Of a stretch of 64,000 nucleotides of DNA, positions 29,833 to 43,207 are shown piece after piece. Position 1 is the stretch's first letter; each line of letters opens with the position of its first letter. The notes under the pieces were generated by a model that saw only the letters and a program-made list of their open reading frames with translations, was not told where the DNA came from and made no database searches. The DNA comes from the human T2T-CHM13v2.0 reference genome, Homo sapiens. The position numbers were made by a program, and so were the translations under genes. The stretch is from the NCBI RefSeq assembly GCF_009914755.1, contig NC_060928.1, one strand, 5' to 3'.

Positions 29833-29938
29833 CTTCATGCTTATAGGTCATCTCCTGGCAGCCAGAGAAGTACAGGCACACCAGGGCACAGAGACACAGG
29901 AAGAAAGAGAAGTACAGCACAAAGAGGACATATTCCAT
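29833..29938 (-). CDS. Candidate nested microprotein, coding exon 1: MEYVLFVLYFSFFLCLCALVCLYFSGCQEMTYKHE (35 codons + 1 nt), predicted single TM helix
   Basis: Kozak CACCACC-ATG-G, upstream in-frame TAA (29983-29981), uncharged hydrophobic run over residues 3-27, donor GAAG|gtaggc. Confidence 0.7.
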
Positions 29939-29959
29939 GGTGGTGTGAAGCTGCAGACA

Positions 29960-30450
29960 CACCAGCCCCTGTGCGTGGGCTTAGGCAAAAGCCACCTCGT
30001 CGGCATCCATTTTCAGGGCTTCCTCCAGTCCAAGGAAAAAGCACCAATTCTCTCCCCACGCACTCCCCTTTCCTCTAACACACCCGCCCTAGCAACTCCA
30101 CGGCTTCCTGTGGACCCGTCTGCTGCAGAGTCCCGAGAACAGGAGTGCGCCAGAAGACGCACCTTCAGTAAAAGGGAAGCCAGCTCCAGGGCAGAGCCCA
30201 GATGCTGGCCACGCCAACCGCGGGCTGAAGGGAGAGGTTTCCAGGGGCGGGATAGGGTGCCTTCGTCACAGAGGACAGCCTCCGAACCAGTTTATTCTCT
30301 GGGGACCTTCCTCCCAGATCCCGTCCTCCCTGAGCCGAGAGCCTGTTGTCAACACCATGGCACAGGCCCTGGGTCCCCAGACAATCGCAAGGCCCCCGGG
30401 GCAGCACTAGCAATGGCAACGCCACGATAGATTCTCCCTCAGGACCCAAA
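29960..30450 (-). promoter_or_regulatory. Candidate internal promoter/enhancer upstream of the microprotein exon
   Basis: CpG locally enriched by eye; GC boxes CCCGCCC 30083-30089 and GGGGCGGG 30244-30251; RFX-like CCTAGCAAC 30088-30096 and CTAGCAATGGCAAC 30407-30420; half-CRE CGTCA 30264-30268. Confidence 0.45.
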
Positions 30451-31002
30451 CCGAGGAGCTGCCTCTGTCCTCATGTGTTTGGGAAATTTATCTGCTGTTC
30501 CCCGACAACCTCATAGGCACCCTAGACTTGCCAAATTCACTGGCTTCTCTACCATCAATTTGTCAGCGTTTTACCATTTTTATAGGCCAAAACAAACCAT
30601 TATTTAATAGAAAAACTGATTTTTTTAACTAGATCAAAGTCTTCAGATTCACCTGCCCAGAAGGGATGTCTCTGAGAGTCTTCCATCTCTCGGAGAAGCG
30701 TCACCAGACATAATATCAAAAGCAAAAACTCTCATGCTGCAGAAAAAATGGACAGACTTTACCACAAAAAAGTAAAACGTCTGAACTTTGACAGATACCA
30801 AAGCAATATTAAAGGGCAATGGATAATTCATAAAAGAAATGTACATAGCAAAGTTCATGTATGTTTCAACTTCAACAATGCATGATGCTGTATTCCTTTG
30901 GAAGTTTCCATCAGATGAACTGTGTGACTGGATTGTGCTACTCAATTTAGTGCCGACTACCCTTTAAGCCACGTTTCCTAATGAGGCACCACCCGGCCAG
31001 GT

Positions 31003-31130
31003 AGTGCAGACCTGAGACAGCTGGGCCTGACCCCAGGCAGTGCAGACCTGAGACAGCTGGGCCTGGCCCCAGGCAGTGCAGACCTGAGACACCTGGGCCT
31101 GGCCCCAGGCAGTGCAGACTTGAGACAGAG
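31003..31130. repeat. 36-bp tandem repeat (~3.5 copies)
   Basis: gcagtgcagacctgagacagctgggcctggccccag. Confidence 0.9.
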
Positions 31131-31707
31131 GGGCCTGGAGGGGCGGGGCTGCAATCTGGAACCTTTGCCTCAAGCCCCTCCCCACGGGGCCTGAAGTCAC
31201 CTCCTGAAACTAGGCAGGAGGCCGGGCACCTACAGACCCAGCCTCTGCAGCAGCTTCTCCCTGAGACCAGGACTCACCACCCTGCTCACTCCTGGCGCTG
31301 GGGTTTCCTGCCCTGTGTGAACAAATTACCTAGAACCACCATAGGTAATGGCACCTGTCCCTTCCCAAGTCTGCAAATGGGAGTTGGATGTCCCCATGGT
31401 GTTTGCTACCCTGGACAAGGTACCCAGTCGGCCTCTGTGGCCAGGTCAGGCTCCCGAGCTCTGCTCTACCCACACCAGCTGCAGCTCCTCTGGCGGTACC
31501 TCCAGGACCGGCACAGACGGTGTGTGTGCTTGTCTGCTGAGACGCCTGCATGTGGTCCAGGACACAGCCCCCGTCTCTTCATAATCACCCCAGTGTCCTA
31601 TCCCCAGGACCCACATCTTCCCCGAGTCCTTTACCAAAGGGCCCCCAGCAGGTGGGACATGGAGCAATGCTCAGAGGGGCCTCCCATGCTTCTGGCACAG
31701 AGCCCGC

Positions 31708-32147
31708 TGTGAAAGGAAAATAAAAACTCTGAACCCCAGTTCACTCCACCAAAAAGAAAAACTTAAGCTGAAAGCTGAGTCATGCAAGAAGCTGCCTTTC
31801 CTTTTGTTCCTAAGCAGAGAGCTGCAGAGAAAAGGTTAAGCATCTCTACAGGTAGCTGCTCCATGTTCACCTTATCTTATGTAAAGTGTTGATTTACTGA
31901 GCACAAGACAATTACATAATTAGGACTATTCCCCTACCTGCTCCGTTTCTCTCACAACCTGTGGATTCAGTCATGTGACCACACACCCCCTCTTTCCCCT
32001 CCAGCCCGCTTTTCCCCTTTAAATATTGAACCCCTCAAAATCGTCTTTGGAGAAAGGCTCAGATCTGTCTCCAGGGTACATTCTTAACCTTAGTAAAATA
32101 AACTTCTAAATTGATTGAGAGCTGCCTCAGAGACTTTTTGATTTACA
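31708..32147 (+). mobile_element. Solo ERV1 LTR, MER4A-like
   Basis: Starts tgtgaaaggaaaataaa, contains aagctgaaagctgagtcatgcaagaagctgcc, ends aataaacttctaaattgattgag...tttaca. Confidence 0.8.
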
Positions 32148-32608
32148 TCAGCCACTCAGCTGGCGAGGCTGGGACAAAGTCCTGCTGCCCATGCCCTCTT
32201 TACCTTTGATCAGAGCTGCATGAAATGAGTCCTGATGGCTGCTGTGGAGGAGGGACCAGGTGACAGGGACACTGCTGAGCCAGAAGGGAACAAGCCCTCG
32301 CCCCTCCCAGCAAAGGGCCCACAGTTACACACCAACCGAGGCCAGCCCTGTAAACAGACATGAAGTAGCCACTGGTTTCACGCAGTCACTACTATTAGCC
32401 TCTCTGAGTGCAGGGCACTGTGCCAGCAGCTTCGAGTAGCTGGATCCCAGGGCACCATCCAGCCCTCATGAGCTCACAGACTGGTGACAGCCGTGGGGAA
32501 GGCAGCCTAGGAATAAGATCGACTGCAAACAACCATGAAGGAAAAAATGGGTAGCTTTGGCAAAACTTGCAAATGAAAAATGCATGCACATGATGAAAAA
32601 ATGTTTGA

Positions 32609-32873
32609 CTTTGGGAGGCCGAGGCAGGCATGTCACTTGAGGTCAGGAGTTCGAGACCAGCCTGGCCAATATGGTGAAACCCTGTCTCTACTAAAAATAC
32701 AAAAAAAATTAGCCAGGCCTGGTGGCACACTCCCAGCTACTCAGGAGGCTGAGGCACGAGAATTGGTTGAACCCGGGAGGCGGAGGTTGCCGTGAGCTGA
32801 GCTCCATCACGCCACTACACTCCAACCTGGGCGACAGAGAGAAACTCTGTCTTAAAAAAAAAAAAAAAAAAAA
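32609..32873 (+). mobile_element. 5'-truncated Alu
   Basis: Begins ctttgggaggccgaggcagg; A tail. Confidence 0.9.
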
Positions 32874-34307
32874 GTGCTTGAGCTTCCTAGGCAGGCAAAG
32901 GTACTGTACAACCAGCTGCCAGTGTCTGTCCTTCCCTCCAGCAGGCAGCAGGCTTGGCCTCAGGGGTGTCCTTCCCTCCAGCAGGCAGCAGGCTTGGCCT
33001 CAGGGGCGTGGCGCTAGGAGTCAAGTTTAGATAGGTCCTGCGTGTTTTGATAGGTCCCATCAGAATGGATGCAAGAGCCACTGACAAAAATGGCCCGCCA
33101 GACCTCAGGCATCCTCCAACCCCTGGCAACAGCAGACCCAGAGTCATTTGGGGAGGAGGGGACACAGCACTGAAGCACTGGCCCAAGAAAGGGCCTCTCC
33201 TTCCAATGTGCTTTGATGGTTCCCAGCGCAGTCCCCAGCCCTCCCTTAAAGGATGATTACTGCAAAGGGCATTGAGATCCCACCTCACTATTATAAATTA
33301 GTGGGGGAGGCAGGGTGTAGGCATGGCCTGGGAATCTGCATTTCACAGGCCCTCCAAAGGAAAGTTATTGAGCTATAAGGTAAAGGAAGAAGGAGACACT
33401 CTGACTTCCTGATAACCTGCTATGCACCAAGCAAAGAACCAGAAGCTTCCTTAGATCCCATGGATATAATGTTCATTTTAAGAATCAAACTGAGGTTCTG
33501 AGCGTTTAGATGACTTGGCCAATCCCATCCAGCTAGTAGCTAGGGTCTGACTCCCATACTGCTTGGGGCTACAATTTCCCAACCTTATCCAAAATGATGG
33601 GTCCTTCTTTCAACCAAGGTGTGTGCGTAAACTGTACTGATTTTTAGCCATTATGCATATGCTTAGAACTCTGTGATGATACAGCTTCTGTGCAAGTTCC
33701 AATAGCCTGCAACACAATTTACTGCCACATGGCCAGAGGCCCAGGTCCTGAGCAAGCCCCCTACCCCAGTCCCCAGGGCACAGTCCGAGGAACCACTCAG
33801 GATCCTTCTCCTCCAACCTCTCCTTTGGGGCTAACGTGAGCCCACGCTGAACCAGCAGGCTCCCTGGGAAATGAGATAATCAGCACCAATCTTGTCCCTG
33901 GAGGAGATCCCATAAGGGGACTGTTGGATAGGCCCAGTAAGGCAGAGTCATGGCCCTCAGGGACACAAACGCTCCGGGAAGACAAAGGTGGACACCCTCT
34001 GCTTTGCCCTGACTGCATCTTCTGCAAGGCTCTGCCCTGACTGCATCTTCTGCAAGCTGGGGTGTGGGAGTGGACTGGAGGCACCCTCCTGCAGGGAGTC
34101 CAGGGAGGTTTGCTAGGGTCTTTCTGACAGAAAGTCAGGAGCTGGAGAGTAGGGATGGGGCTGTCAGATTTCTGGAAAGTTCTGGAACTTTCAATGCATT
34201 CACCACAGTACTCTGTCAAGCAAAGCCTTTGGCAAAGTGTTAAAACACTTCCATGTGTGATGGACAGAGAGTGATGGGGGCATTTCAGGGGAAAAAGAAA
34301 CTAGTCT

Positions 34308-35084
34308 AGTCATCCTGCGGTACCCATGGGGGACTGGTTCTAGAACCTCCCACGAATACTCAAATCCATGGCTGTTCAAGCCCCTTATACAAATTGGTGT
34401 AGTGCTTGCATATAACCTACGCACATCCTCTTGTACACTTTAACTAGATTACTTATAATATCGTACCTAATACAATGCAGATGCCCTGTAAACCCAGTTA
34501 TGTGCAGCATAACAGCATCTCAGTCCTCAACAGTATACAACAACGGTCCCATAAGATCATAACACTGTATTTTTACTGTACATTGTCTATGTTTAGATAC
34601 ACAAATACCATTGGATTACAACTGCCTACAGTATTCAGTACAGTAGCATGCGGCACAGGCTTGCAGCCCAGAAGCCACAGGCTAGACTGAATAGCCTAGG
34701 TGTGTAGGAGGCTAGACCATCTGGGTTTGTGCAAGTATACTTCATGATGTTTGCATGACAAAGTCGCCTAATGACGCATTTCTCAGAATGTGTCCCTGTT
34801 GTTAAGGAATGCATGACTCTAGTTTTAGACTGTATTGTTTAGTGAATAATGAAAAGGAAAAAAAAGTCCGGGAGGTGGAGGTTGCAGTGAGCCAAGAGCG
34901 TGCCACTGCACTCCAGCCTGGTCAACAGAGTGAGACTCCATCTCAAAACAAAAAGAAAAGGAAAAAAGTCTGTATATGTTCAGTAGAGATGCAACCATCC
35001 ATTTTTTTTTTCCTGAAGGTTTTCAACCAGAGGTTGGTTGAATCCATGGATGTGAAACCCACAGATACAGAAAGCCAAGTGTAC
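34308..35084. mobile_element. MER2-like TcMar-Tigger element containing a nested Tigger3/MER7-like element (~34495-34820) and an Alu right-arm fragment (~34868-34968)
   Basis: MER2-type ends (gtcatcctgcggtacccatggggactggttc / ggttgaatccatggatgtgaaacccacagatacagaaagccaagtgta); internal cagttatgtgcagcataac...gcatgactcta. Confidence 0.7.
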
Positions 35085-35605
35085 TGAATGCCTGTGGCCT
35101 GTGGTAGAGAAGAAAGAGAAGCTTCTTAGGCCTAAAAGGCAACCCTGGATTACAAAACCTGCTTGGGCCCCGATGGATCCAAGTATCAATTCAATCCAGC
35201 CCTGCACAATGCCAGGATTAAGTAGGAACATGGGAGAAAACTTGGTCCACACGGAAGTCTACACTGAATCTTGAGAAAAAGAAAAAATGCTGGTGGGCCC
35301 AGGAAACAGTGAATAGAAAAGACCCTAAACCCATTCAGGAAAGTTTCTACACAGATCCCCAAATTCGGCCTCCTAATGACACGGAACTATCTTCATTAAA
35401 GTGACCACACATCACCGTTCTTCTGCAACAATCCAGTGTCATACAAGTACATTTTTCCAGTAAAGGCAATTCGCTTATTTAGCCAACAACTATTTAGGGA
35501 CTATTTAGTCAACACCTACTCTGTGCCAGGCAATGAACAGGCCACAGTGGGCAGGACAGACACAGCCCCTGTCCTTGCCTGTTGTACAGGCAATGTAGCA
35601 AATCA

Positions 35606-36003
<398 letters not shown>

Positions 36004-36428
36004 TATAGACAAGTTCTACTCAAACCACTTCCTATTTCTGAGTTTCTAATGTCAATGTGCAGAAATTTGCCCCGTGTTCGACTTGGCTTGGTGGGAAAAG
36101 CTTGGGCCTTGTAGTCTCAGACTTGAGTTTGAAACTCAGCCTTGTCAATTTAATTTTTCTCTGAGTTTTTCTATATTATATATATATATATGTCTTCTGT
36201 AGCTGTAAAATTGAAAAAATAATACCAACTATATGGGGTGGCTGTGAGAATTCAATGAGATTGTTTAAATACCCACTCATCTGAGAATCCAGGACCTAGC
36301 AAATCACCAATGAGCCAGGCCACTCTAAGTGGCATTACCTGAACGCTGCAGTAAAGGCCACCAGGAGGCAGCCTGGGAGCCAAATTGCACCCATAGATAT
36401 ATTTTATGTGGCCCACAGGTATATATTT

Positions 36429-36795
36429 TACAGGCTGAGTGTCCTTTATCTGAAATACTTGGAACCAGAAGGAATTTTGGATGTTTTTTCAGATTTTGGA
36501 ATATTTGCATAAACAGAATAAGGTATCTTGGGGATGGGACCCAAGTCTAAACATGAAATTCATTTGTTTCATATACACTTTATATATAATACATAGCCTG
36601 AAGGGAATTGTATATAATATTTTAAATAATTTTGTGCATGAATCAAAGTTTTGATAGTGTTTTTACTGCAACCTGTCACATGAGGCCAGGTGTGAAATTT
36701 CCCTGGCCTCATGTTGGTGCTGAGAAAGTTTCAGATTTTGGAGCATTTTGGATTTCGGATTTTTGGATTTTGGATTACGGATGTTCAACCTGTAT
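36429..36795. mobile_element. Tigger4/MER46-like DNA transposon
   Basis: Terminal inverted repeats tacaggctgagtgtcc / ggatgttcaacctgta with TA flanks. Confidence 0.8.
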
Positions 36796-36863
36796 TTGGA
36801 CATATAAAATTACAGACATTTAAAATCCAGCATTTAAATCCTTCAATTTCATATAAAGTAAGG

Positions 36864-37627
<764 letters not shown>

Positions 37628-37888
37628 AGGATTTATATTTCCCTTGAAAAACTGGACTATCTGATGCCATCGGTCCACCTTCTTATAGCAACCAGGATTC
37701 AGGGCCCAGTTTGCCACAGTCCCCACCATTCCCTGTTGTCACCCTGACACCAAGACCACATGTCTTTGGCCATTCACTATCACATTTGCACAGCTGTTTC
37801 CCTTATAGATGAGAAATATTTCTCTATAACCACATCTCCATCAAAAGATAAACCAAACGGGGCACTTGTGTTCCATAAAAAGGAGAGA

Positions 37889-38160
<272 letters not shown>

Positions 38161-38713
38161 TTAAAGGCAAACTATGCTTTTTTTTTTTTTTTTGGTATCA
38201 GCTCCAGTGCGCTCTTTACATTCCAGATTGGTCCCTGTGGGCATTTGAATTTTATAAGCCCAGCTCCTTCAGACACTGTTACTAGGAAATAGCAAAAGAC
38301 CTATATTTTCCAAAAAAGACTACAGTTCTGCATGATTCCAAAAAAACACAAAGCTCCTGATTTTTTTAGAACAGGATATGCTCTCATATAAACCAACCCT
38401 GAATGTCCCTTAAATCCTTCAAAAGGTTTAAGTATTTATGTTTTTAATTTTGGGTGAATATACCCTGAAGCCTAAGTGGAGAATACATCAGGAAGTTTTC
38501 CATGAATAAATTACAATAACTGGGTCACATGACACGGCCATATTTATGTTGCTTTGAGAGACGGTGATGACAGGCTTTTCATCATCAGGCATGCAGAGAT
38601 GTGTGTGTCTGCTTCAGGACCCCTCTGTAAAACCTCCCCACTCCACGACCCATCTGCCCTGCAGATCCGTGACACAGCGGCAAGGTAGGGCAGGTGCACC
38701 ATCGCAGGCTCAC

Positions 38714-38773
38714 CTTGGGCGGTTTCAGACTTTTCCCTCGATGCCTTTTGGAGCGCAACAGCCGTTCTCTCTC
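38714..38773 (-). CDS. JAKMIP1: JAKMIP1 coding exon (~exon 8), ERERLLRSKRHRGKSLKPPK, 60 nt
   Basis: ttctag|GAG acceptor, AAG|gtgagc donor; read manually, not represented in the ORF track. Confidence 0.95.
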
Positions 38774-39032
38774 CTAGAAGGAAACACAACGGTTGGCATT
38801 TCCAGCCAGCCTCACATCTCACAAACCAAAGCCACTGGCTCTCAAAGGGAGCTGGGCCTGCCCATCCGCACCAGGCATGGCTAGTTGAAGTTCTAAGTGC
38901 CCAAGTGATGGCTGCTTCTCTGAACTGAGAGCTACAGGGAGAGTTTATTATCCACCTTTTGACTTTATTGTTATTTCACTGAAATATATTTTTCATCCTA
39001 AGCTGCATTGAGTCTTTTGTGTAATGAAGCAA

Positions 39033-39152
39033 AGATGGATGGATAGATAGATGTATGCATAGATAAGTGCATGGAAGGATGAAAGAATGGGTGAGTGGAT
39101 GGATGGATGGGTGGACAGATGGGTGGGTGGATGGATGGATGGATGGATGGGT
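39033..39152. repeat. (GGAT)n-rich simple repeat
   Basis: Visible tetranucleotide tract. Confidence 0.85.
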
Positions 39153-39946
39153 GAAAGGAAGAAAGAGAGAAGTTAAAGAGGTAGAGGGAGATGGAGGCAG
39201 GCAAAATGAACATGAAAATTATAATCAAAGCCTTTTCTAGAATTTTGATCACTAGCTTTTCTATTCTTTGAAAACCAGTGCATGGAACCATCACACACCC
39301 ACTTTGGTGAGCAGAACACGTTCTACTTCTAAGATCCAACTAAAGCTCCCTGCAGGTGTTCTCTGCCTGTTGCCGAAGTTCCTTTCACAGAGAGCTGTGG
39401 AATTCTCTGGATGCAATTCTCCACCGCTTAGGACATACTCAACCCCCTTTGATAGATGCACGCCCCATATACACGTCCAAAACTCACACAGGCAGTCTTA
39501 GCAAGGTGCTGGTCTGGTTATAAGGTTCAAGTTTGTGGGCCTAAACTCACAGTCTGCAACTGCTAAGCTAAAAACCAACCAACCAACCAACCAAACAAAC
39601 AAAAAGCCTTCTCTGGAACAGATCATGCCCAGTCTCTAAAGGCCAAAAGACATCCTTAAAACTGATGCTTCTCAATCACAGCAAGCTAGGGAGAAGATGT
39701 GAGAAAAGGGTAGCCATGGAAACTGTCCCCAAGTACCAGTGATCTCATTTAAGCCAAGGCTGCTTAGTGGCAGAATGAAGCGGGAATGTGCACACCAGGG
39801 TGAGCTTGGTGAGTCCCAAAGTCAGCACTGCCTGACCCTGACCCAGCTCAGCAGCATCACCCTGAGCCCCAACACCCGTTCCTGACACCCATGTCAGCTG
39901 GTGCCACCCCTGCCAGGGGCAGCCGCGCCAGCTGTGCTAGATGTAC

Positions 39947-40087
39947 CAGTGAGAGGTCGTCAATGACGTGCTGCTGCTCCAGCACCTGCAGCCTCAGGAA
40001 CTCGATCTCCTGCTCATCCCTCGTCAGGCTGAGGTCATTCAAGGAGGTATGCCGCTTCAGAGACGCCTGCGCTGACAGCTTTTCTTT
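39947..40087 (-). CDS. JAKMIP1: JAKMIP1 coding exon (~exon 7), KEKLSAQASLKRHTSLNDLSL...IDDLSL, 141 nt
   Basis: ctgcag|AAA acceptor, CTG|gtacat donor. Confidence 0.96.
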
Positions 40088-40215
40088 CTGCAGCCACAGG
40101 GAGACAGACCACCACAGGGTTACCCGCCAACAGTGTTTGTTAGGGACAGTGCTGGAGTGGAGCTCAGGGGTGCAGGGACAGAAGGATGGATGGGAGGATG
40201 AAAGAGATGATGGCC

Positions 40216-40568
40216 TGATATGGTTTGGCTGTGTCCCCACCCAAATCTCATCTTGAATTGCGGCTCCCAGAACTCCCGTGTGTTGTGGGAGGGGCCAGGT
40301 GGGAGATCATTGAATCATGGTGGCGGTTTCTCTCATACTATTCTCGTGGTTGTGAATAAGTCTCTGATGTTTTTATAAGGGTTTTCCCCTTTTACTTGGC
40401 TCTCAGTCTGTCTTGTCTGCTGCCAAGTAAGATGTGCCTTTAGCTTTCTGCCATGATTGTGAGGCCTCCCCAGCCACGTGAAACTGTGAGTCCATTAAAC
40501 CTCTTTTTCTTTACAAATTACCCAGTCTCAGGTATGCCTTTATCAGCAGTGTGAAAATGGACTAATAC
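40216..40568. mobile_element. THE1-type ERVL-MaLR solo LTR
   Basis: tgatatggtttggctgtgtccccacccaaatctcatcttgaattg ... gtgaaaatggactaatac. Confidence 0.9.
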
Positions 40569-40756
40569 GTGGCCACCTTGTCCTGTGCTGGAAGAGGGGA
40601 CAGGGCAGACCAAAGCCAAGCCCAAGGTGGGGCTGACCATGCACACTGCTGACAGGAAGGGATGCGCAGGGCCTGGGGGTGGAAGACGACATTTGAAATG
40701 AGCCTAGAAACCTGGGAGGGGAAGGCAGGGGAAGGAGAGGACTTCACACAACAGCA

Positions 40757-40759
<3 letters not shown>

Positions 40760-40803
<44 letters not shown>
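40760..40803. repeat. (CA)~22 microsatellite
   Basis: Uninterrupted CA run. Confidence 0.97.
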
Positions 40804-40805
<2 letters not shown>

Positions 40806-41397
40806 GCATCTGCTACAGTGCAGACAGCAGAGCATGTGTGGTGACAGAGCCTCCGTCTTCCCGGCTGTAAAGTGGGGGTTGATACTACTCTGAACAATGA
40901 ACCTGAAATCATTCTGTAAACTGTCAACTACAAGACGCCTGCCCTGACCACAAACACCAGGCATCCTAGCTGGAGGAGAAACCCCTCTGCAGAGCATCGC
41001 CAGCGATCATTGTAACAGCTTTCACTTGCTGGGTGTCCTCTGGGCCCGTTCCCTGTGAGGTCTTTACATGCTGTTATTTCATCCTCTTGATGATCCTCCA
41101 GTGTGGATATTTTCATTCCCATTTTATGCATGAAGAAACAGAGGCTCAGAGAGAATGGGGGATGTGTTTAAGGACACAGCTGTCTGACTCCCTCTGGGCA
41201 CAAACACCCACAGCACAGTGAATGTGAGACAGGTGGAGAGAAAGGCGAGACATCTGTGACTGACACTGTGCCTGGTGCTTTGTGGGGAGGTGGGCAGCAG
41301 GTGCGCCCCAGAACATGTGAATCGGGAGGTTCAGGGCTGAAGAATCCCAGACAGAGAAGGGAGTGTCAGGGCTGTCCCCAAGGGGTCCACAGCTCAC

Positions 41398-41544
41398 CAT
41401 TTCCACGTTTTCCCGCGTGAGGTTCTTGATTTTCTCCTCCATCCTCTGGATACTCTGCAACAGATCCTCATTCTTCTTGTTCATCCGCTTGTTCTTCTCC
41501 ACCAGGGGCTTCAGCTGAACCTCGGTCTCTCGTGAGCGTTTCAG
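41398..41544 (-). CDS. JAKMIP1: JAKMIP1 coding exon (~exon 6), LKRSRETEVQLKPLVEK...ENVEM, 147 nt
   Basis: ccacag|CTG acceptor, ATG|gtgagc donor; heptad coiled-coil translation. Confidence 0.97.
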
Positions 41545-42168
41545 CTGTGGTTGGAAACAGACACAGAGGCTCAGACAACTTGACGACGGACGGCCGAGGT
41601 CACAGCACCGAGGTGAGCAGAGACTCAACCCAGTTAGGACCCCTTCTGAGGCCAGTGTCCTGGATGACACATTTGTTTGCTAGTTGCATGACAATGGGCA
41701 AGTTCTCAGCCTCAGTTTCCTCATCTATCAAATGAGAATCACGGCAGCTCCTGTCTCCTAGGCACATGGTGAGAATTGAATGCATAGTGGTAGTCTCCCA
41801 GTGTTATTTTCATGGAAAGAATTAGAAACAACTTAAATATCTATCAATATCATGATAACCACAGGCACAGCCAACACATGTGAAGGGGCCACCTTCCCCA
41901 TCCGCATTTTATAGACAAAGAACCTGAGCCCAAAGAGAGGAGGCAATGGGCCCAACTTCACAAAGAAAGTGCCAAGAATGCTTTGCACTTTTGCAAAGAT
42001 TGGCGGTTTGAGTTCACCAAGATTCAAACACAAGGGACTGACTCTAGACCCCTGCGTTTACTCCCCAGGCTGTAAATGTTAAGGTAAAATATTCTGATGG
42101 TATAGGTTGAAATATAAAATGTACCATGTGACCCATGCATTCTACTTCTAGAAACCTACCGCCCCCCC

Positions 42169-42269
42169 AAAAAAATGCCATGTAGAAGATACATACGTGT
42201 CTTTACTGACTTGAACCTTTATGTAAAGTCAGTAAAGACCCATATGTATCTTCTACATGGCATTTTTTT
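42169..42269. repeat. Inverted repeat, 44-bp arms (2 mismatches), 13-nt loop
   Basis: aaaaaaatgccatgtagaagatacatacgtgtctttactgactt / aagtcagtaaagacccatatgtatcttctacatggcattttttt. Confidence 0.93.
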
Positions 42270-42580
42270 TTTTCGAGACAGAAGGTAGGTAAAATGACAT
42301 GTGTCACTTTGACAAAGGGTCTCACTTCGTCACCCAGGCTTGAGTGCCGTGGCGTGATTTCAGCTCACTGCAGCCTTGACGTCCTGGCCTCAAGTGATCT
42401 CCCACCTCAGCCTCCCAAGTAGCTGGAACTACAGGTGTGCACCACTGCACCCAGCTAATTTTTTTGTATTTTTAGAGATGGGGTTTTGCCATGCTGCCCA
42501 AGCTGGGCTGGAACTCCTGAGCTCAAGGAATCTTCCCACGTTGGCTTCCCAAAGTGCTGAGATTACAGGCATGTGGCACC
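42263..42580 (-). mobile_element. Alu (J-like) with a ~35-nt non-Alu insertion near its 3' end
   Basis: Reverse dimer; gagacag[aaggtaggtaaaatgacatgtgtcactttgacaa]agggtctcac. Confidence 0.88.
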
Positions 42581-42902
42581 TCACAGAAATCCAGAAAGCG
42601 GCAACAGCCTAAAGATCCACCACTGGGAAGAGAGGTGAACAGACCATGGTATATCCACACAATGGACTACCAAGCCGCTGGTAAAAAGACAAAGACAGAT
42701 CTCTAAGCACTGATGGGGAGTGATGTAATTGATCAATGAGGTGAAAAAAGCAAGTTGCAGAACAATACACAGCAGGGAAAAAAATCCCAATTCATATCCA
42801 TAAAATAAAACAAAGTCTCTCGGTGAGTTTTAAGGTATTTATTTAAACATTAAGAACATTTAAGAACCACTCCAAACTAGCAGTAGTTACCTCATGATTT
42901 TA

Positions 42903-43207
<305 letters not shown>

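Noticed and set aside
29841-30059. 72-aa minus-strand ORF overlapping the microprotein exon
   Set aside because: Non-ATG start and a different frame; the ATG at 29938 has the strong Kozak context and TM-like composition
31776-31782. AP-1 site TGAGTCA in the MER4A-like LTR
   Set aside because: A single 7-mer that appears to be part of the repeat consensus; no independent support for function
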